This document shows positions 21,492-32,057 of a stretch of 64,000 bases of DNA, in pieces. Under the pieces are notes generated by a model, which saw nothing but the letters and a program-made list of their open reading frames with translations, was not told the DNA's origin and did not search any database. The stretch's first letter is position 1, and the number at the start of each line of letters is the position of its first letter. The translations under genes were made by a program, and so were the position numbers. This stretch comes from Pseudothermotoga sp. (GTDB taxonomy: Bacteria > Thermotogota > Thermotogae > Thermotogales > DSM-5069), in NCBI GenBank assembly GCA_031962025.1, contig JAVRKW010000001.1; one strand, 5' to 3'.

Positions 21492-22161
21492 ATTCAATCA
21501 CAAAACGATTTTTGACAAAGATCGGTGCAATGCTGTACAAATCTTTTTGAGCGCAGAATGCGACATCCAGTGAAAATCCATATTCAACAAGCTCCTGTGC
21601 GTGCCGCGATTTAAGGAGCAATTTTGAAAGATCGCTGTTCTTTGATTGTTCCCATAATTCTTTTGATATTCTCGCTCCATCTGTTAGTTCATTGTTGCTC
21701 AATTCATAGACAATTGCGCCTGCACACAGTACATCTTCGTACGCAATCTTTCCTTCCTGCCCAGAGCATACAACCGTCACATGCTCATATTTTTTCAATT
21801 TCTCAACCACAGCGTGCAAGTTTAAAAAGCAGGCTGCATACAACCTTTGCGAATTGATCATGGATATAGCTTTCGTGCCGTTCGTTGTTGTCAGAACGAT
21901 TTCTCTATTTCTTACATTCAGATACTCTCTTGGTGAATTACCAAGGTCAAACCCTTCTGGCTTCACTCCGCCTCTTTCACCACAGATTAAAGTTTTTTCT
22001 GTTTTTCTTCTCTTAGCCTCAGATATAGTTTTGACAGGTATTACACATTCAGCACCATTTGCAAGTGCTGTAACGATAGTACTTGTTGCTCTCAAAACAT
22101 CTACAACGACACAGACGTGTTGTTGTGACACAGGCTCTGGTAGAAACAAGACATCGATCAA
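21490..22161 (-). CDS. comB: 2-phosphosulfolactate phosphatase family protein
   Basis: VVDVLRATST, GERGG, GNSP, TTTNGT and EDVLCAG motifs. Confidence 0.9.
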   Translation of the reverse strand: MIDVLFLPEPVSQQHVCVVVDVLRATSTIVTALANGAECVIPVKTISEAKRRKTEKTLICGERGGVKPEGFDLGNSPREYLNVRNREIVLTTTNGTKAISMINSQRLYAACFLNLHAVVEKLKKYEHVTVVCSGQEGKIAYEDVLCAGAIVYELSNNELTDGARISKELWEQSKNSDLSKLLLKSRHAQELVEYGFSLDVAFCAQKDLYSIAPIFVKNRFVIE

Positions 22162-22398
22162 CTATCTCACTCCAAGAAGTTTGTCTATCTTTGCCTTGTC
22201 AAAACCAATCACAAGCTGGTTACCTATTTCTACAACGGGAACACCGGTCTGACCTGTTCTCCTAACAAGTTTCTCTGCATCCTTCTGGCTTTTTGACACA
22301 TCAATCTCTGTGAATTTTAAGCCGAGTTCTCTGAGATAATTCTTCACCTTGACACAATAGGGACAACCCGGTGCGGTGTAAACTGTTATCTTGTACAT
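22162..22398 (-). CDS. Glutaredoxin-like protein (YruB/NrdH type)
   Basis: CPYC, GVPV and IGFD motifs. Confidence 0.9.
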   Translation of the reverse strand: MYKITVYTAPGCPYCVKVKNYLRELGLKFTEIDVSKSQKDAEKLVRRTGQTGVPVVEIGNQLVIGFDKAKIDKLLGVR

Positions 22399-22448
22399 TC
22401 ATCCACCTCCGACAAATATTGTACCATTTTTGTCGGAATTTTCAACAC

Positions 22449-23126
22449 TTATTTTTTTATATCGTCTCTTATGGACTGTATACTGTTTGCATCCAGATAA
22501 ACGCGTTGATATGTCTTTCCATCAACAACGATCTGTATTGGTTTATCGGTGATAGCTTCAGGATAGTAATATCTCAGTGCGTTTCTCTGCAACTCGTACA
22601 TCAACTTTGCAAGGCTGGCGGGAGTAAAAGTTGTCTCTGGTTTTAATGCCAATATCCATCGCTTGAAAGACAGATAATCAAAGGCTTTTGGATTTCTGTT
22701 CGATAATTTTTTCAGAAGATTTTCGAAATTATCTTCCTTCTGACCAACAACTTCCTTTGAGAACTTTGAGAGCTGTTCTTTGCTCACAACGGCGTAATAT
22801 CTCTTACTCGAGGTTGATTCAATCATCGCTTCTGCAAAGCTGAAAACCTCTAAGGGATTTTGTACATCCAAAACCCTGTTAGTCAACGGGTTAAAAGAGT
22901 ACTGTGGAAATCTCAAGATGTATATCATTCTCTTATTCGTATCAACGCGTACAAAATAAGCTACATTATCATCCTTGCATACAAAAGCAAAATGAACAGT
23001 TTCAGCTCTGAATTCTTCTGAGTTCTTAATGGCATTTGAACTCAGCAAAAACCACAGACTAAAGCCTGTAACGACAATAACAGCTACTAACAAAAACCAC
23101 AAAAGACCACTTCTTCTTCTTTTCAC
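22449..23126 (-). CDS. Hypothetical membrane-anchored protein, possibly a degenerate LCP-like fold
   Basis: Basic N-terminus plus a single TM; weak resemblance only. Confidence 0.6.
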   Translation of the reverse strand: MKRRRSGLLWFLLVAVIVVTGFSLWFLLSSNAIKNSEEFRAETVHFAFVCKDDNVAYFVRVDTNKRMIYILRFPQYSFNPLTNRVLDVQNPLEVFSFAEAMIESTSSKRYYAVVSKEQLSKFSKEVVGQKEDNFENLLKKLSNRNPKAFDYLSFKRWILALKPETTFTPASLAKLMYELQRNALRYYYPEAITDKPIQIVVDGKTYQRVYLDANSIQSIRDDIKK

Positions 23127-23141
23127 AGTCTCACGCCTCCT

Positions 23142-24002
23142 TTATGATCTTTGCCATATTATCTTACCCTTATCAACACAAAACTGTACCAGACTGTTTT
23201 TCTTTAGCCAGTTTAGATAAGCCAGCACCGTCATTCTAAAAAGATAATACATGCCCGTGGAATCAATTTGCAAGTTTTGAATCATTTCACTGATCAGAGT
23301 TTCCTCGCTCTTTGGCCTTTCCAAGAAAGTGTAGATCTTCTGTGCTGTGAATTCTATGTGCGATTTGTTCAAAGAAACAAGATCAGTATCATCAATTGAT
23401 CCATGTGATGGCACACAGCGATTGAAGCCTTTAAGCCTTTCAAGTGACTTGAGAGCTGCATCTATATCACTGTAAACAACAATACCTTTCTTTTGTAGAA
23501 TCTGAGCTCCAAAGATCGCATCAGCAGCAAAAATCAAACCGTCCAGAGCCAACCCGATCTGACCCGGTGCATGACCTGGTAGTTCTATTATATGTACATC
23601 GTTGAAAAAACAATCGCCTTCGAATGTAACATCTACCTTTGAAGGTTCTGCCAGGAAGAATTTTGATCTCAGTTCATCAGGAGGGTTTGCCCCGCAATAT
23701 AAACTCAGCGGCTCAAGAATAGGGAACTCAACAAATGGTTTTGTCAAAAGATGTGTGAGAATCTGGACTTGAATCTTTTTTTGCATAAAAGCATTGCCAC
23801 CTATGTGATCTGCGTGAAAATGCGTGTTAACAAGCCATCTCAATCTCAGACCGTTCTCACAGATTATCTTCAAAGCTTTGCGCGCATAAGATTCATCTAT
23901 ACCAGAGTCTATCAGCATGACATCGCTTGAAAATCTTATCAATCCAAGGTTTGTTCTGTCACTCAGAACACCTAATCTGTCGTTGAACCATATCAGTTCC
24001 AA
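23142..24002 (-). CDS. Metallo-beta-lactamase fold hydrolase
   Basis: IDSG, THFHADHIGG, PGHAPG and PSHG motifs. Confidence 0.9.
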   Translation of the reverse strand: MELIWFNDRLGVLSDRTNLGLIRFSSDVMLIDSGIDESYARKALKIICENGLRLRWLVNTHFHADHIGGNAFMQKKIQVQILTHLLTKPFVEFPILEPLSLYCGANPPDELRSKFFLAEPSKVDVTFEGDCFFNDVHIIELPGHAPGQIGLALDGLIFAADAIFGAQILQKKGIVVYSDIDAALKSLERLKGFNRCVPSHGSIDDTDLVSLNKSHIEFTAQKIYTFLERPKSEETLISEMIQNLQIDSTGMYYLFRMTVLAYLNWLKKNSLVQFCVDKGKIIWQRS

Positions 24003-24583
24003 TCAGAATCTTCCTTCCTCAGTCTTACCAACCAGTTCCACATGCTCACAGTTTCAGGTAGGATGAATAAACCTTTTTTGATCGCGTACAGTATTTTGTT
24101 CTGCGTTACCAAAAAAAGTGCCTGGTCTAAATCCTGCTTTGCAACCTGCCTGAGCCAGTCGACATTGTCGTAGATTCTGTTTTCCTCAAGCGAATCTGAC
24201 AAAAAAACGATCTTTCCAATATCCGAAAGATTCTTTTTGCCACTTGTGTGGTATGCTATGGCTTGTAGAATTTCTCGATCATTCAGGTTAAATCTTCTTT
24301 TGACAAATTCCGCTGCCACCTTACCGTGTAAAAGTATCGGGTTCAACCTTTCAAGTTTTGTGATTCTAATTTTGTATGCAGCAGCCATCTTCAAAAGCAC
24401 ATCTGTTTTTATATCCCTGAAGATATCGTGTGCAAATCCAGCAATTGCCACACGATCTTCATCTACTCTATAAATTTTTGCAAGTTGCACGGCAAAGTCC
24501 ACACAAGATTTGACATGCAAAAAACGCTTGTCGCTGAGCAACAACTTGGAAATTCTGTGTAGTTCCTGAAGAACCTGGTTCAT
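23993..24583 (-). CDS. yqeK: YqeK-type HD hydrolase (Ap4A hydrolase)
   Basis: KRFLH, AHD, LLHG, YHTSG and SDSLEENR motifs; start set at ATG 24583. Confidence 0.85.
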   Translation of the reverse strand: MNQVLQELHRISKLLLSDKRFLHVKSCVDFAVQLAKIYRVDEDRVAIAGFAHDIFRDIKTDVLLKMAAAYKIRITKLERLNPILLHGKVAAEFVKRRFNLNDREILQAIAYHTSGKKNLSDIGKIVFLSDSLEENRIYDNVDWLRQVAKQDLDQALFLVTQNKILYAIKKGLFILPETVSMWNWLVRLRKEDSDWN

Positions 24584-24584
24584 C

Positions 24585-24866
24585 TCACCAACCTTCTTTT
24601 TCAACCTCAACTATCTCAAGACCGTGAGTATTTTCTATCAACGCCGTTAAATCCTCAATCACGGCATCAAGCACATTTTGTGCTGGCGAAACGATCGCAA
24701 CTCCCAGCTCTGACCATGTTTTTGAGTCATTGTATCCAGTCTCACATACAGATGCATTGAACTTTGTTCTGATTTCATTGATTAGTTTTTTCAGCAATGA
24801 GCGTTTTTCTTTGAGACTGGATATGCCAAACAACCTCAGTTTGTAATTCAAAACAGCTACGTGCAT
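24585..24866 (-). CDS. DUF503 family protein
   Basis: SLKEKRS...KFNASVCE motif. Confidence 0.85.
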   Translation of the reverse strand: MHVAVLNYKLRLFGISSLKEKRSLLKKLINEIRTKFNASVCETGYNDSKTWSELGVAIVSPAQNVLDAVIEDLTALIENTHGLEIVEVEKEGW

Positions 24867-24906
24867 TCAAAATCACCTTAAAAATTGGGGGGAAATCCCC
24901 CCTTTG

Positions 24907-26967
24907 TCATGCATTTTGACTTTCTTGCTTTCTTTCCTGAATGATCTTTTCCTGAATATTGGCTGGTACCTCTTGATAGCGTACGAACTTCATCGTGAAG
25001 TACCCACGACCACTTGTAATACCTGATAGCCTGCCAGAGAAATCGAGCATTTCTGCCAGAGGAACCTCTGCTTTTACCTTTGACATACCCCTTCCTATTG
25101 ATTCCATACCCTGTGGTCTACCCCTTCTGCTTGTTACCTCACCTATGACATCTCCTGCAACTTCGTCTGGACAAAAGATTTCCACTTCCATTATTGGCTC
25201 AAGTAGAACCGGTTTTGCATCCTCCATTCCTTTTCTAAAAGCCTGGATTGCAGCAATCTGGAATGAGATATCAGATGAATCGACTTCGTGATAGGATCCA
25301 TCGAAAAGCGTAACACGAACATCTACAACCGGGTATCCTGCAACAGAGCCTCTCTTCATTGCCTCAACTATGCCTTTTTCAACAGAAGGAATGAAATTCT
25401 TCGGTATGACTCCACCGAATATTTTGTCAACAAACTCAAAACCAGCACCTCTTGGAAGTGGTTCCAGCTCGATCTTGACATGCCCGTACTGTCCATGCCC
25501 ACCGGTTTGCTTTTTGTGTTTGTATTCAGCAACAGCCTTTTTGGAAATCGTTTCCCTGTAAGCGATCTTTGGCTTGCCAACATCTACATCGACGCCAAAG
25601 ATGCTCTTTAATCTCTCTATCATCACATCCAGATGGATTGTCCCAAGCCCGGATACAACCGTTTCGCCAGTCTCAGGATCATACTCCCACTTGAAAGTGG
25701 GGTCGGTTTCTGCTAAGCGCGACAAACCATTGCTGATTTTATCTATATCGGCTTTGGATTTTGGATTAACAGATCGTGAGAACATCGGTTCTGGAAATTC
25801 AGGGGGTATTATGGTCAGTTTTCGATCTTTATGGGTAAATGTTTCACAGACGGAACCTTCCTTGAGTTTTGGTAAGACTACTATATCACCAATTGTGGCT
25901 TGGTCTATTTCAATCTGTTCCTTTCCGCGAGCCAAGTAAATACGACCAAACTTGTCAGAAGTACCTCTATTGGCGTTGAAGTAACCATCCTGTGGTTTTA
26001 TAGTGCCGGCGATCACCTTTACATAGCTCACACGACCAACAAATGGATCAACGACGGTCTTAAAGTTGTACGCACAGAATGGTTCAGTTTCACTCACATT
26101 GATGCTTACTTTTTCCCCGGACTCCAGTTTTGCTTCGTATGGGGCACTATCTAATGGACTTGCGCCGAGTTTGGTTATGTAATTCATCAAAATATCAACA
26201 CCGATATTTTTTTCGGCTGAACCACAGAAAACAGGAACAACTAAACCTGTCTTATAGGCTTTCAACAGTGCATCGGTCAATTCCTGTGGCTGGATCTGCT
26301 GACCTTCCAGGTATTTTTCCATAAGAGAATCGTCTGATTCAACAATATCTTCGACTGCTTTCAATTTCATTTCCTTGACCTTCTGTAACATTGAAGAAGG
26401 TATTGCAGTCTCATTTACCTTGCCGTTTTCGTACACATAGGCTTTTTCGGCAACAAGATCAACAACACCGTGAAATTCTGATTCACTTCCTATTGGCAAA
26501 GCCAACGCAACTATCTTTTTATTGAATGCCGTTTTAAGAGCACGCAGAGTGTTTTCGAAATCTGCTCTTTCTTTATCCATTTGATTCACAAAAACCATGA
26601 TAGGTTTGTTCATGCTTTCGGCAATCTGCCAGGTTCTCTCTGTTTGTATTTCAACACCGGCAACTGCGTTGACCACGCTCAAAACATTTTCACACACAAA
26701 AACACTGTTTAAAACATCTGCTATAAAATCACCAAAACCTGGAGTGTCAATGACTGTCAATCTGTGGTCGTTCCAGTCAAAAGAAAAAATGTGAGAAGAA
26801 ATACTCGATCCTTTTGATTCCTCAATGGGATCTGTGTCAATTAATTTGGAGCTTATTCGGTCAAAAATTCCAACATCAAAAAGCATCGCCGAAAGAAGAA
26901 GTGTCTTTCCACAGCCGTTATGCCCTATCAGTGCAATGTTTCTTTTTTTATCAACCGGTCTGTTCAT
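24907..26967 (-). CDS. Elongation factor G paralogue (EF-G2 / FusA2)
   Basis: Full five-domain EF-G architecture (KKQTGGHGQYG, DGSYHEVDSS) with divergent G-motifs. Confidence 0.9.
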   Translation of the reverse strand: MNRPVDKKRNIALIGHNGCGKTLLLSAMLFDVGIFDRISSKLIDTDPIEESKGSSISSHIFSFDWNDHRLTVIDTPGFGDFIADVLNSVFVCENVLSVVNAVAGVEIQTERTWQIAESMNKPIMVFVNQMDKERADFENTLRALKTAFNKKIVALALPIGSESEFHGVVDLVAEKAYVYENGKVNETAIPSSMLQKVKEMKLKAVEDIVESDDSLMEKYLEGQQIQPQELTDALLKAYKTGLVVPVFCGSAEKNIGVDILMNYITKLGASPLDSAPYEAKLESGEKVSINVSETEPFCAYNFKTVVDPFVGRVSYVKVIAGTIKPQDGYFNANRGTSDKFGRIYLARGKEQIEIDQATIGDIVVLPKLKEGSVCETFTHKDRKLTIIPPEFPEPMFSRSVNPKSKADIDKISNGLSRLAETDPTFKWEYDPETGETVVSGLGTIHLDVMIERLKSIFGVDVDVGKPKIAYRETISKKAVAEYKHKKQTGGHGQYGHVKIELEPLPRGAGFEFVDKIFGGVIPKNFIPSVEKGIVEAMKRGSVAGYPVVDVRVTLFDGSYHEVDSSDISFQIAAIQAFRKGMEDAKPVLLEPIMEVEIFCPDEVAGDVIGEVTSRRGRPQGMESIGRGMSKVKAEVPLAEMLDFSGRLSGITSGRGYFTMKFVRYQEVPANIQEKIIQERKQESQNA

Positions 26968-26990
26968 CTCTCCACCTCCAACTTCATTTG

Positions 26991-28631
26991 TTATTTTTTC
27001 AAAACAAGTAAAGAAACTGGTATTGCTCTTGTCCAGGCAGCAGGGGTTTTGCTAACCACCTGATCTTTGATGACCATTACCGACGAACTTCCTCCGTCGA
27101 AGTTCATGGCAGAATAAAACCCTTTATTCATGCAGAATTCAACTAAGTCATCGTAGTTCACACCTCCAGAACCATTTTGATCATTTATCACCGCCAGAAC
27201 TACTCTGCCATCTGAAAGTGTTGCAAGAAGCGTTCTTGTAGCATTGCTTCGAGCTATGTTACCACCATACCGGTTCTTCTCATCATTTCTGTCTGGTATT
27301 GGTGCACCCGCATATAGAATCAAAGGTCCAGCCTCAACAGCGTGTTTTATTGGGTATGGAAAATCGGTGTTTATGACATATTCGACCTTATCACCAATCT
27401 GTATCCCTTGCAAATATCTCTCGTAGTTGCTGGATATTGCCAAGATATATCCGTCTTTTGGTGCTTTAGCGGACCAGCCATAGCCACTGACTTTCCCATC
27501 CACGACGTTGAAATAGATCATACCATCACGACGGGGTATTGTCATGCCAAATTCCGGTGTGAATATCAAGACCTCTCCCTGTGCCACCGTGTTTACACCT
27601 TTCACTAAAAAGAGCAACTGCCCGATTTTTATGTTCAGATCAAAATACATTCTCGCAATGTACACAGAACCAGATTTTGTCTGTACGAAAACAGGTCTGT
27701 TACCATAGGGCATGGACAGTATTTTGCCGTCAACGATCAACAGACCTATTGGAAGGCCAGTATTCGGATCAAAGTAATTTGCATTAATACCGGCTATAGC
27801 ACCTGTTCTTGCAACCATCTTCTCGACACTTTCAAAGGTCCCTATACCACCGCTGCTTATCTGTGGTTTCAATTCCACAAGACTTGGATCGATCCACAGA
27901 TAATTCACAAGCATATCCTTGCCACCGATCTTCTCGGTTTTTTGTTCCCACCAGACACCCTCGGCGAGTATTTCTTTACCAGCCTGTGGAAATCTCAAAC
28001 TCAGATTCACCGAACTCCCATCTACTTTAACGGCTACAGACGGCTCGACATCACTTTCGAGGGTGATTTCCAGGGAAGTTACATATTCAGCCTGGCTGAT
28101 CTTCACAGTGCTTGTTGAAGAAATGTTCGACAGACAGGGTGCGAGTTGAATTGAAACCTTTGATTTTTGTGTATTTATCTTCATCATTTCAACAAATGGG
28201 AATCCAAGAAAATTGAGTTTTAATTGATTTTGTGAAAAATCAACTGACGTGAGAATACAGACACTGTCCAGCAAAACCACTTGACCTGTTGCTGTCTGAT
28301 ATTTTTTGACTCCAAGGATTTTCGAGAGAAGATCCATATCTATCATCACTTTGTCTTTTGTGTAAATGGCACTTTTAGGGTAAGCATCAAGAAAATCTAC
28401 AAAGACGGTGCCATCTTTTTCAATGATCGTGATCTTTTTGTTGTATATGAAATAAGCTCTACCAGATTTTTCTGAGACAATGAATGAAGCTCCTATTTGA
28501 TCAATAGATTTGAGTTCGACATATCCGTTACTTTCCTGCAGTGTGGCAAAATTGCCGTTTATGCCAATCAGAATTTGAGACAAAGCCAGCGTACTCAGAA
28601 GGAGCACGCCAAGAACAGATATGATTCTCAT
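26991..28631 (-). CDS. Exported phosphodiester glycosidase (NAGPA / DUF2233) family protein
   Basis: Signal peptide; AGINANYF, AGPL and NFDGGSSS motifs. Confidence 0.85.
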   Translation of the reverse strand: MRIISVLGVLLLSTLALSQILIGINGNFATLQESNGYVELKSIDQIGASFIVSEKSGRAYFIYNKKITIIEKDGTVFVDFLDAYPKSAIYTKDKVMIDMDLLSKILGVKKYQTATGQVVLLDSVCILTSVDFSQNQLKLNFLGFPFVEMMKINTQKSKVSIQLAPCLSNISSTSTVKISQAEYVTSLEITLESDVEPSVAVKVDGSSVNLSLRFPQAGKEILAEGVWWEQKTEKIGGKDMLVNYLWIDPSLVELKPQISSGGIGTFESVEKMVARTGAIAGINANYFDPNTGLPIGLLIVDGKILSMPYGNRPVFVQTKSGSVYIARMYFDLNIKIGQLLFLVKGVNTVAQGEVLIFTPEFGMTIPRRDGMIYFNVVDGKVSGYGWSAKAPKDGYILAISSNYERYLQGIQIGDKVEYVINTDFPYPIKHAVEAGPLILYAGAPIPDRNDEKNRYGGNIARSNATRTLLATLSDGRVVLAVINDQNGSGGVNYDDLVEFCMNKGFYSAMNFDGGSSSVMVIKDQVVSKTPAAWTRAIPVSLLVLKK

Positions 28632-29920
28632 TCGATCACCCCAAGTAAAATCTCACGAGGTTTTACATTTTCATCGACGATTTCGTAGGCATCTTGTATC
28701 AATTTTATAGCCAGATCGACATCGCTTTTTTCAGACACATACATCAGAGCAACCGGTTCATCTTCCTGAATATGATCTCCTATTTTCTTTAGAACTTTTA
28801 TACCGACACTTGGATCGATGTGATCCTCTTTTTTTGATCTACCTGCTCCAAGTACTACTGAAGCAATTCCTACAGCTTCTGTGTTTATCTTGCTCACATA
28901 ACCGGATTTGTTCAGCCTGACCTCTACAACTTTTTTGCTCACCGGTAATAGATTGTAATTGTCTACAACGGCGGGATTTCCACCCTGTGCTTCAACAAAT
29001 CTTGCAAATCTTTCGAGGGCTTTTTCAGAAAAAATTTCATCCATGATCTGTTCTTCAGTCACATTTATATGGACAAGATCGAGTATCTCACGGCATATGC
29101 GAACACATAATTTTGTCAGATCTTCTGGTCCACGACCTTTAAGGGTATCTATAGCTTCGATTACTTCAAGAGAATTTCCCACCATTCTGCCAAGCGGCTG
29201 GTCCATGTCTGACAAAACCGCTTTAGCAAGTTTTCCAGATCTTTTGAGTATGTCTATCATCAGATATGCAAGTTCTTTGGCTTGATTTATATCTTTCAAA
29301 AACGCACCAGATCCTACTTTGACATCGAATAGTATGGCGTCGGCACCACCTGCGAGCTTCTTGCTGACAATGCTCGAAGCGATCAAAGAAATGTTATCAA
29401 CTGTAGCTGTCGTATCTCTGAGTGCATAGATCTTTTTATCTGCCGGTACAAGATTTCCGGTCTGACTTGCCACAGCAAATCCAATTTTCTTGACGATCTC
29501 GAAAAATTCCTTCTTTGTCAATTCCGTTCTCATGCCAGGTATCGATTCGAGTTTATCTATGGTTCCACCTGTGTGACCCAGCCCTCTGCCGGACATTTTG
29601 GGAATCTTGACTCCAAAACCAGCAACTAACGGAAGCACAACGAGTGTGGTTTTGTCACCAACACCACCGGTTGAATGCTTATCGACCTTAATACCTTCTA
29701 TCGATGATAGATCGAGCATCTCACCGGATTTTGCCATGCTCAAAGTCAGATCATAAGTTTCCCTCTGGTTCATACCTTTCAAGAAGATTGCCATGAGCAA
29801 AGCAGCCATTTGATAGTCCGGTATATTTCCAGAGACATACCCGTTCACGACGAATTCTATTTCCTGTGAAGTGAGTTCCAAACCATCTCTTTTTTTCTTT
29901 ATGATGTCATACATCCTCAT
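28628..29920 (-). CDS. pdp: Pyrimidine-nucleoside phosphorylase
   Basis: DKHSTGGVGDK and KMSGRGLGHTGGTIDKLE motifs. Confidence 0.95.
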   Translation of the reverse strand: MRMYDIIKKKRDGLELTSQEIEFVVNGYVSGNIPDYQMAALLMAIFLKGMNQRETYDLTLSMAKSGEMLDLSSIEGIKVDKHSTGGVGDKTTLVVLPLVAGFGVKIPKMSGRGLGHTGGTIDKLESIPGMRTELTKKEFFEIVKKIGFAVASQTGNLVPADKKIYALRDTTATVDNISLIASSIVSKKLAGGADAILFDVKVGSGAFLKDINQAKELAYLMIDILKRSGKLAKAVLSDMDQPLGRMVGNSLEVIEAIDTLKGRGPEDLTKLCVRICREILDLVHINVTEEQIMDEIFSEKALERFARFVEAQGGNPAVVDNYNLLPVSKKVVEVRLNKSGYVSKINTEAVGIASVVLGAGRSKKEDHIDPSVGIKVLKKIGDHIQEDEPVALMYVSEKSDVDLAIKLIQDAYEIVDENVKPREILLGVIE

Positions 29921-31172
29921 CGTTCTCAGTCCTTTTGATAGGTAATTTCACCGTAAAAGTCGTACCCACACCAAGTTCACTTTCCACAGAGATTTCTCCG
30001 TTATGCCGATCAACAATGGTTTTCACTATTGACAGCCCCAATCCAGAACCACCCATTTTTCTGCTGCGTCCCTTGTCGACTCTGTAAAATCTGTCGAATA
30101 TCCTGTTCAGAGCTTCCTGTGGCATACCCGGTCCAGTATCAGACACTTTTATAATCGCATGAGAATCAGATTTACTGATCGAAACTTTGACCTTCTTTTC
30201 ACCGGTATCTTTCAAAGACGTGTACTTTATTGCGTTGTCAACCAGATTCAAAAGCATCTGGATCAACCTGTCCTGATCTCCAGTGATTGTTACATCACGG
30301 CAATCAAAGCTGACTTTGACACCATAATCATTTGAAAGAGGCTCGACAATGGACATCACGTACTTTGCCACTGCGCACAAATCGACTTCTTGAAAATCAA
30401 ATCTTGCTTCACCGGATTCGAGGCGCTCTAAATCCAGAAGGTCGTTTATCAATCTTGACATTCTGGCGGATTCGTTCTCTATTATCGTGAGAAATCTGTT
30501 TCTTGTATCTGGATCCATTTCAGGATCGCTCAGAAGTGTTTCTGCATAGCCGTGTATAGAAGTGAGAGGAGTTCTGAGCTCATGAGAAACATTGGAAACG
30601 AATTCTCTTCTCATTTCGTTCAGCTCATATTCTTTTGTCATATCGTGGAAGAGTATGACCACTCTCTTTTCGCCTCTGGGTAAAAGAACGGGTATCATTT
30701 TACAGGAGAAATACCTTTTTTTACCTTCGACGTATATTATCACATTACCTTCCTGAACCTGCCAGCTCTTGACAGCTTCGTCAAACATTTCTATCAGATA
30801 ATAATCTTCCAGAGCTTCATAGATTTTCTTTGTCGTAACGATGGGTCGACTTATTTTCTGTGCGGCTGTGTTCGCAAAGAGTATTTCTCCGGTATTCCCA
30901 TCGACAAACAAAATTGGGTCGACTATGTTATCCAGCAAAGTCATCGTGTTTTCTCTGCTCTTTTGAGCCATGGCAAGTTCATCTTCCAGATTGGTTATGG
31001 TTTTGCGAAGTGTTTCCAGGACATAAGAAGGTGGCGAGTCATCTGGAACATTCACCAACTCCGCCACCCTGATGAAAAATCGTCTCAGGTTCTTAACCGT
31101 TCTGTCTCGAATCACAGCGTAGAAAAATACAAAAGCAGCAAATCCAGCTAAAGCTCCCAAGAAAACTGCCAC
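29907..31172 (-). CDS. PAS-domain sensor histidine kinase (PhoR/HpkA-like)
   Basis: TM, PAS, SHELRTPLT, NLVDNAIKY, DTGPG, FYRVDK and GSGLGL motifs. Confidence 0.93.
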   Translation of the reverse strand: MAVFLGALAGFAAFVFFYAVIRDRTVKNLRRFFIRVAELVNVPDDSPPSYVLETLRKTITNLEDELAMAQKSRENTMTLLDNIVDPILFVDGNTGEILFANTAAQKISRPIVTTKKIYEALEDYYLIEMFDEAVKSWQVQEGNVIIYVEGKKRYFSCKMIPVLLPRGEKRVVILFHDMTKEYELNEMRREFVSNVSHELRTPLTSIHGYAETLLSDPEMDPDTRNRFLTIIENESARMSRLINDLLDLERLESGEARFDFQEVDLCAVAKYVMSIVEPLSNDYGVKVSFDCRDVTITGDQDRLIQMLLNLVDNAIKYTSLKDTGEKKVKVSISKSDSHAIIKVSDTGPGMPQEALNRIFDRFYRVDKGRSRKMGGSGLGLSIVKTIVDRHNGEISVESELGVGTTFTVKLPIKRTENDEDV

Positions 31173-31175
31173 TTA

Positions 31176-31895
31176 CTACTCTTCCTTCCCAGGATCTCTG
31201 AACTTGTACCCCTTGCCCCTCACAGTGATTATGTACTTTGGATTGGATGGATCTTCTTCGATTTTTGTCCTGAGTCTTCTGATGTGAACATCAACGGTTC
31301 GTGTGTCGCCGTAGTAGTCATAACCCCACAATTTGTCCAGTAGAACATCTCTGCTGAAGACTTTTCCTTCATTTTCAGCCAGAAATCTCAGCAGTTCAAA
31401 TTCAAGCGGCGTGAGGCTGACTTTTTGTCCAAACACTCTAACTTCGTATCTTTCAACATCGATTTCTAATCCCTTTGCAATTATCTTCTTTGGTCTTTCC
31501 TCTCTTTCCTGAACGCTGAGTTGAATTCTCCTGAAAACAGCTTTGATTCTTGCTATCATTTCTCTGATGCTGAAGGGTTTTGTGATGTAGTCATCAGCAC
31601 CAAGCTCCAGACCAAGGACCTTATCGAATTCCTCACCTTTTGCACTGAGAAATACTACGGGTGTGTTCTTGTACTTCTCGGTGCTTCTCAGTTGTCTGAC
31701 GAGCTCAAACCCATCCATCCCAGGTAGCATGATGTCGACAATGAACATGTCCACCGGTTCATTCGTTGCAACTTTGAGTGCTTCCTCGGCTTCGTAGGCT
31801 TTCAAGACGTCGTAGCCTTCGCGAGCCAAATTGTAGCTTACCAGTTCAATGATTGATGGATCATCATCCACGACAAGAATTTTCTTTTTCGCCAT
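31176..31895 (-). CDS. OmpR/PhoB-family response regulator (DrrA-like)
   Basis: Start set at ATG 31895 (MAKKKILVVDD); RTVDVHIRRLR and TVRGKGY motifs. Confidence 0.93.
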   Translation of the reverse strand: MAKKKILVVDDDPSIIELVSYNLAREGYDVLKAYEAEEALKVATNEPVDMFIVDIMLPGMDGFELVRQLRSTEKYKNTPVVFLSAKGEEFDKVLGLELGADDYITKPFSIREMIARIKAVFRRIQLSVQEREERPKKIIAKGLEIDVERYEVRVFGQKVSLTPLEFELLRFLAENEGKVFSRDVLLDKLWGYDYYGDTRTVDVHIRRLRTKIEEDPSNPKYIITVRGKGYKFRDPGKEE

Positions 31896-32028
31896 ATCTA
31901 CACCCTCTTCGGGTACACCTCCTTTTTGGAAAATCAGTTTTGAAATCCACACCGTGTTAACATTATAACAGAAACTCTGAGAATTGTAACATGGATTCTT
32001 GGTCATATCAATTTTTTCAGATATCACA

Positions 32029-32037
32029 TGCTATAAT
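32029..32037 (+). promoter_or_regulatory. Extended -10 promoter for the prepilin cluster
   Basis: TGCTATAAT, 20 nt upstream of the ATG, followed by a GGAGG RBS. Confidence 0.55.
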
Positions 32038-32057
32038 GAGGTATCGGAGGTATTTGA

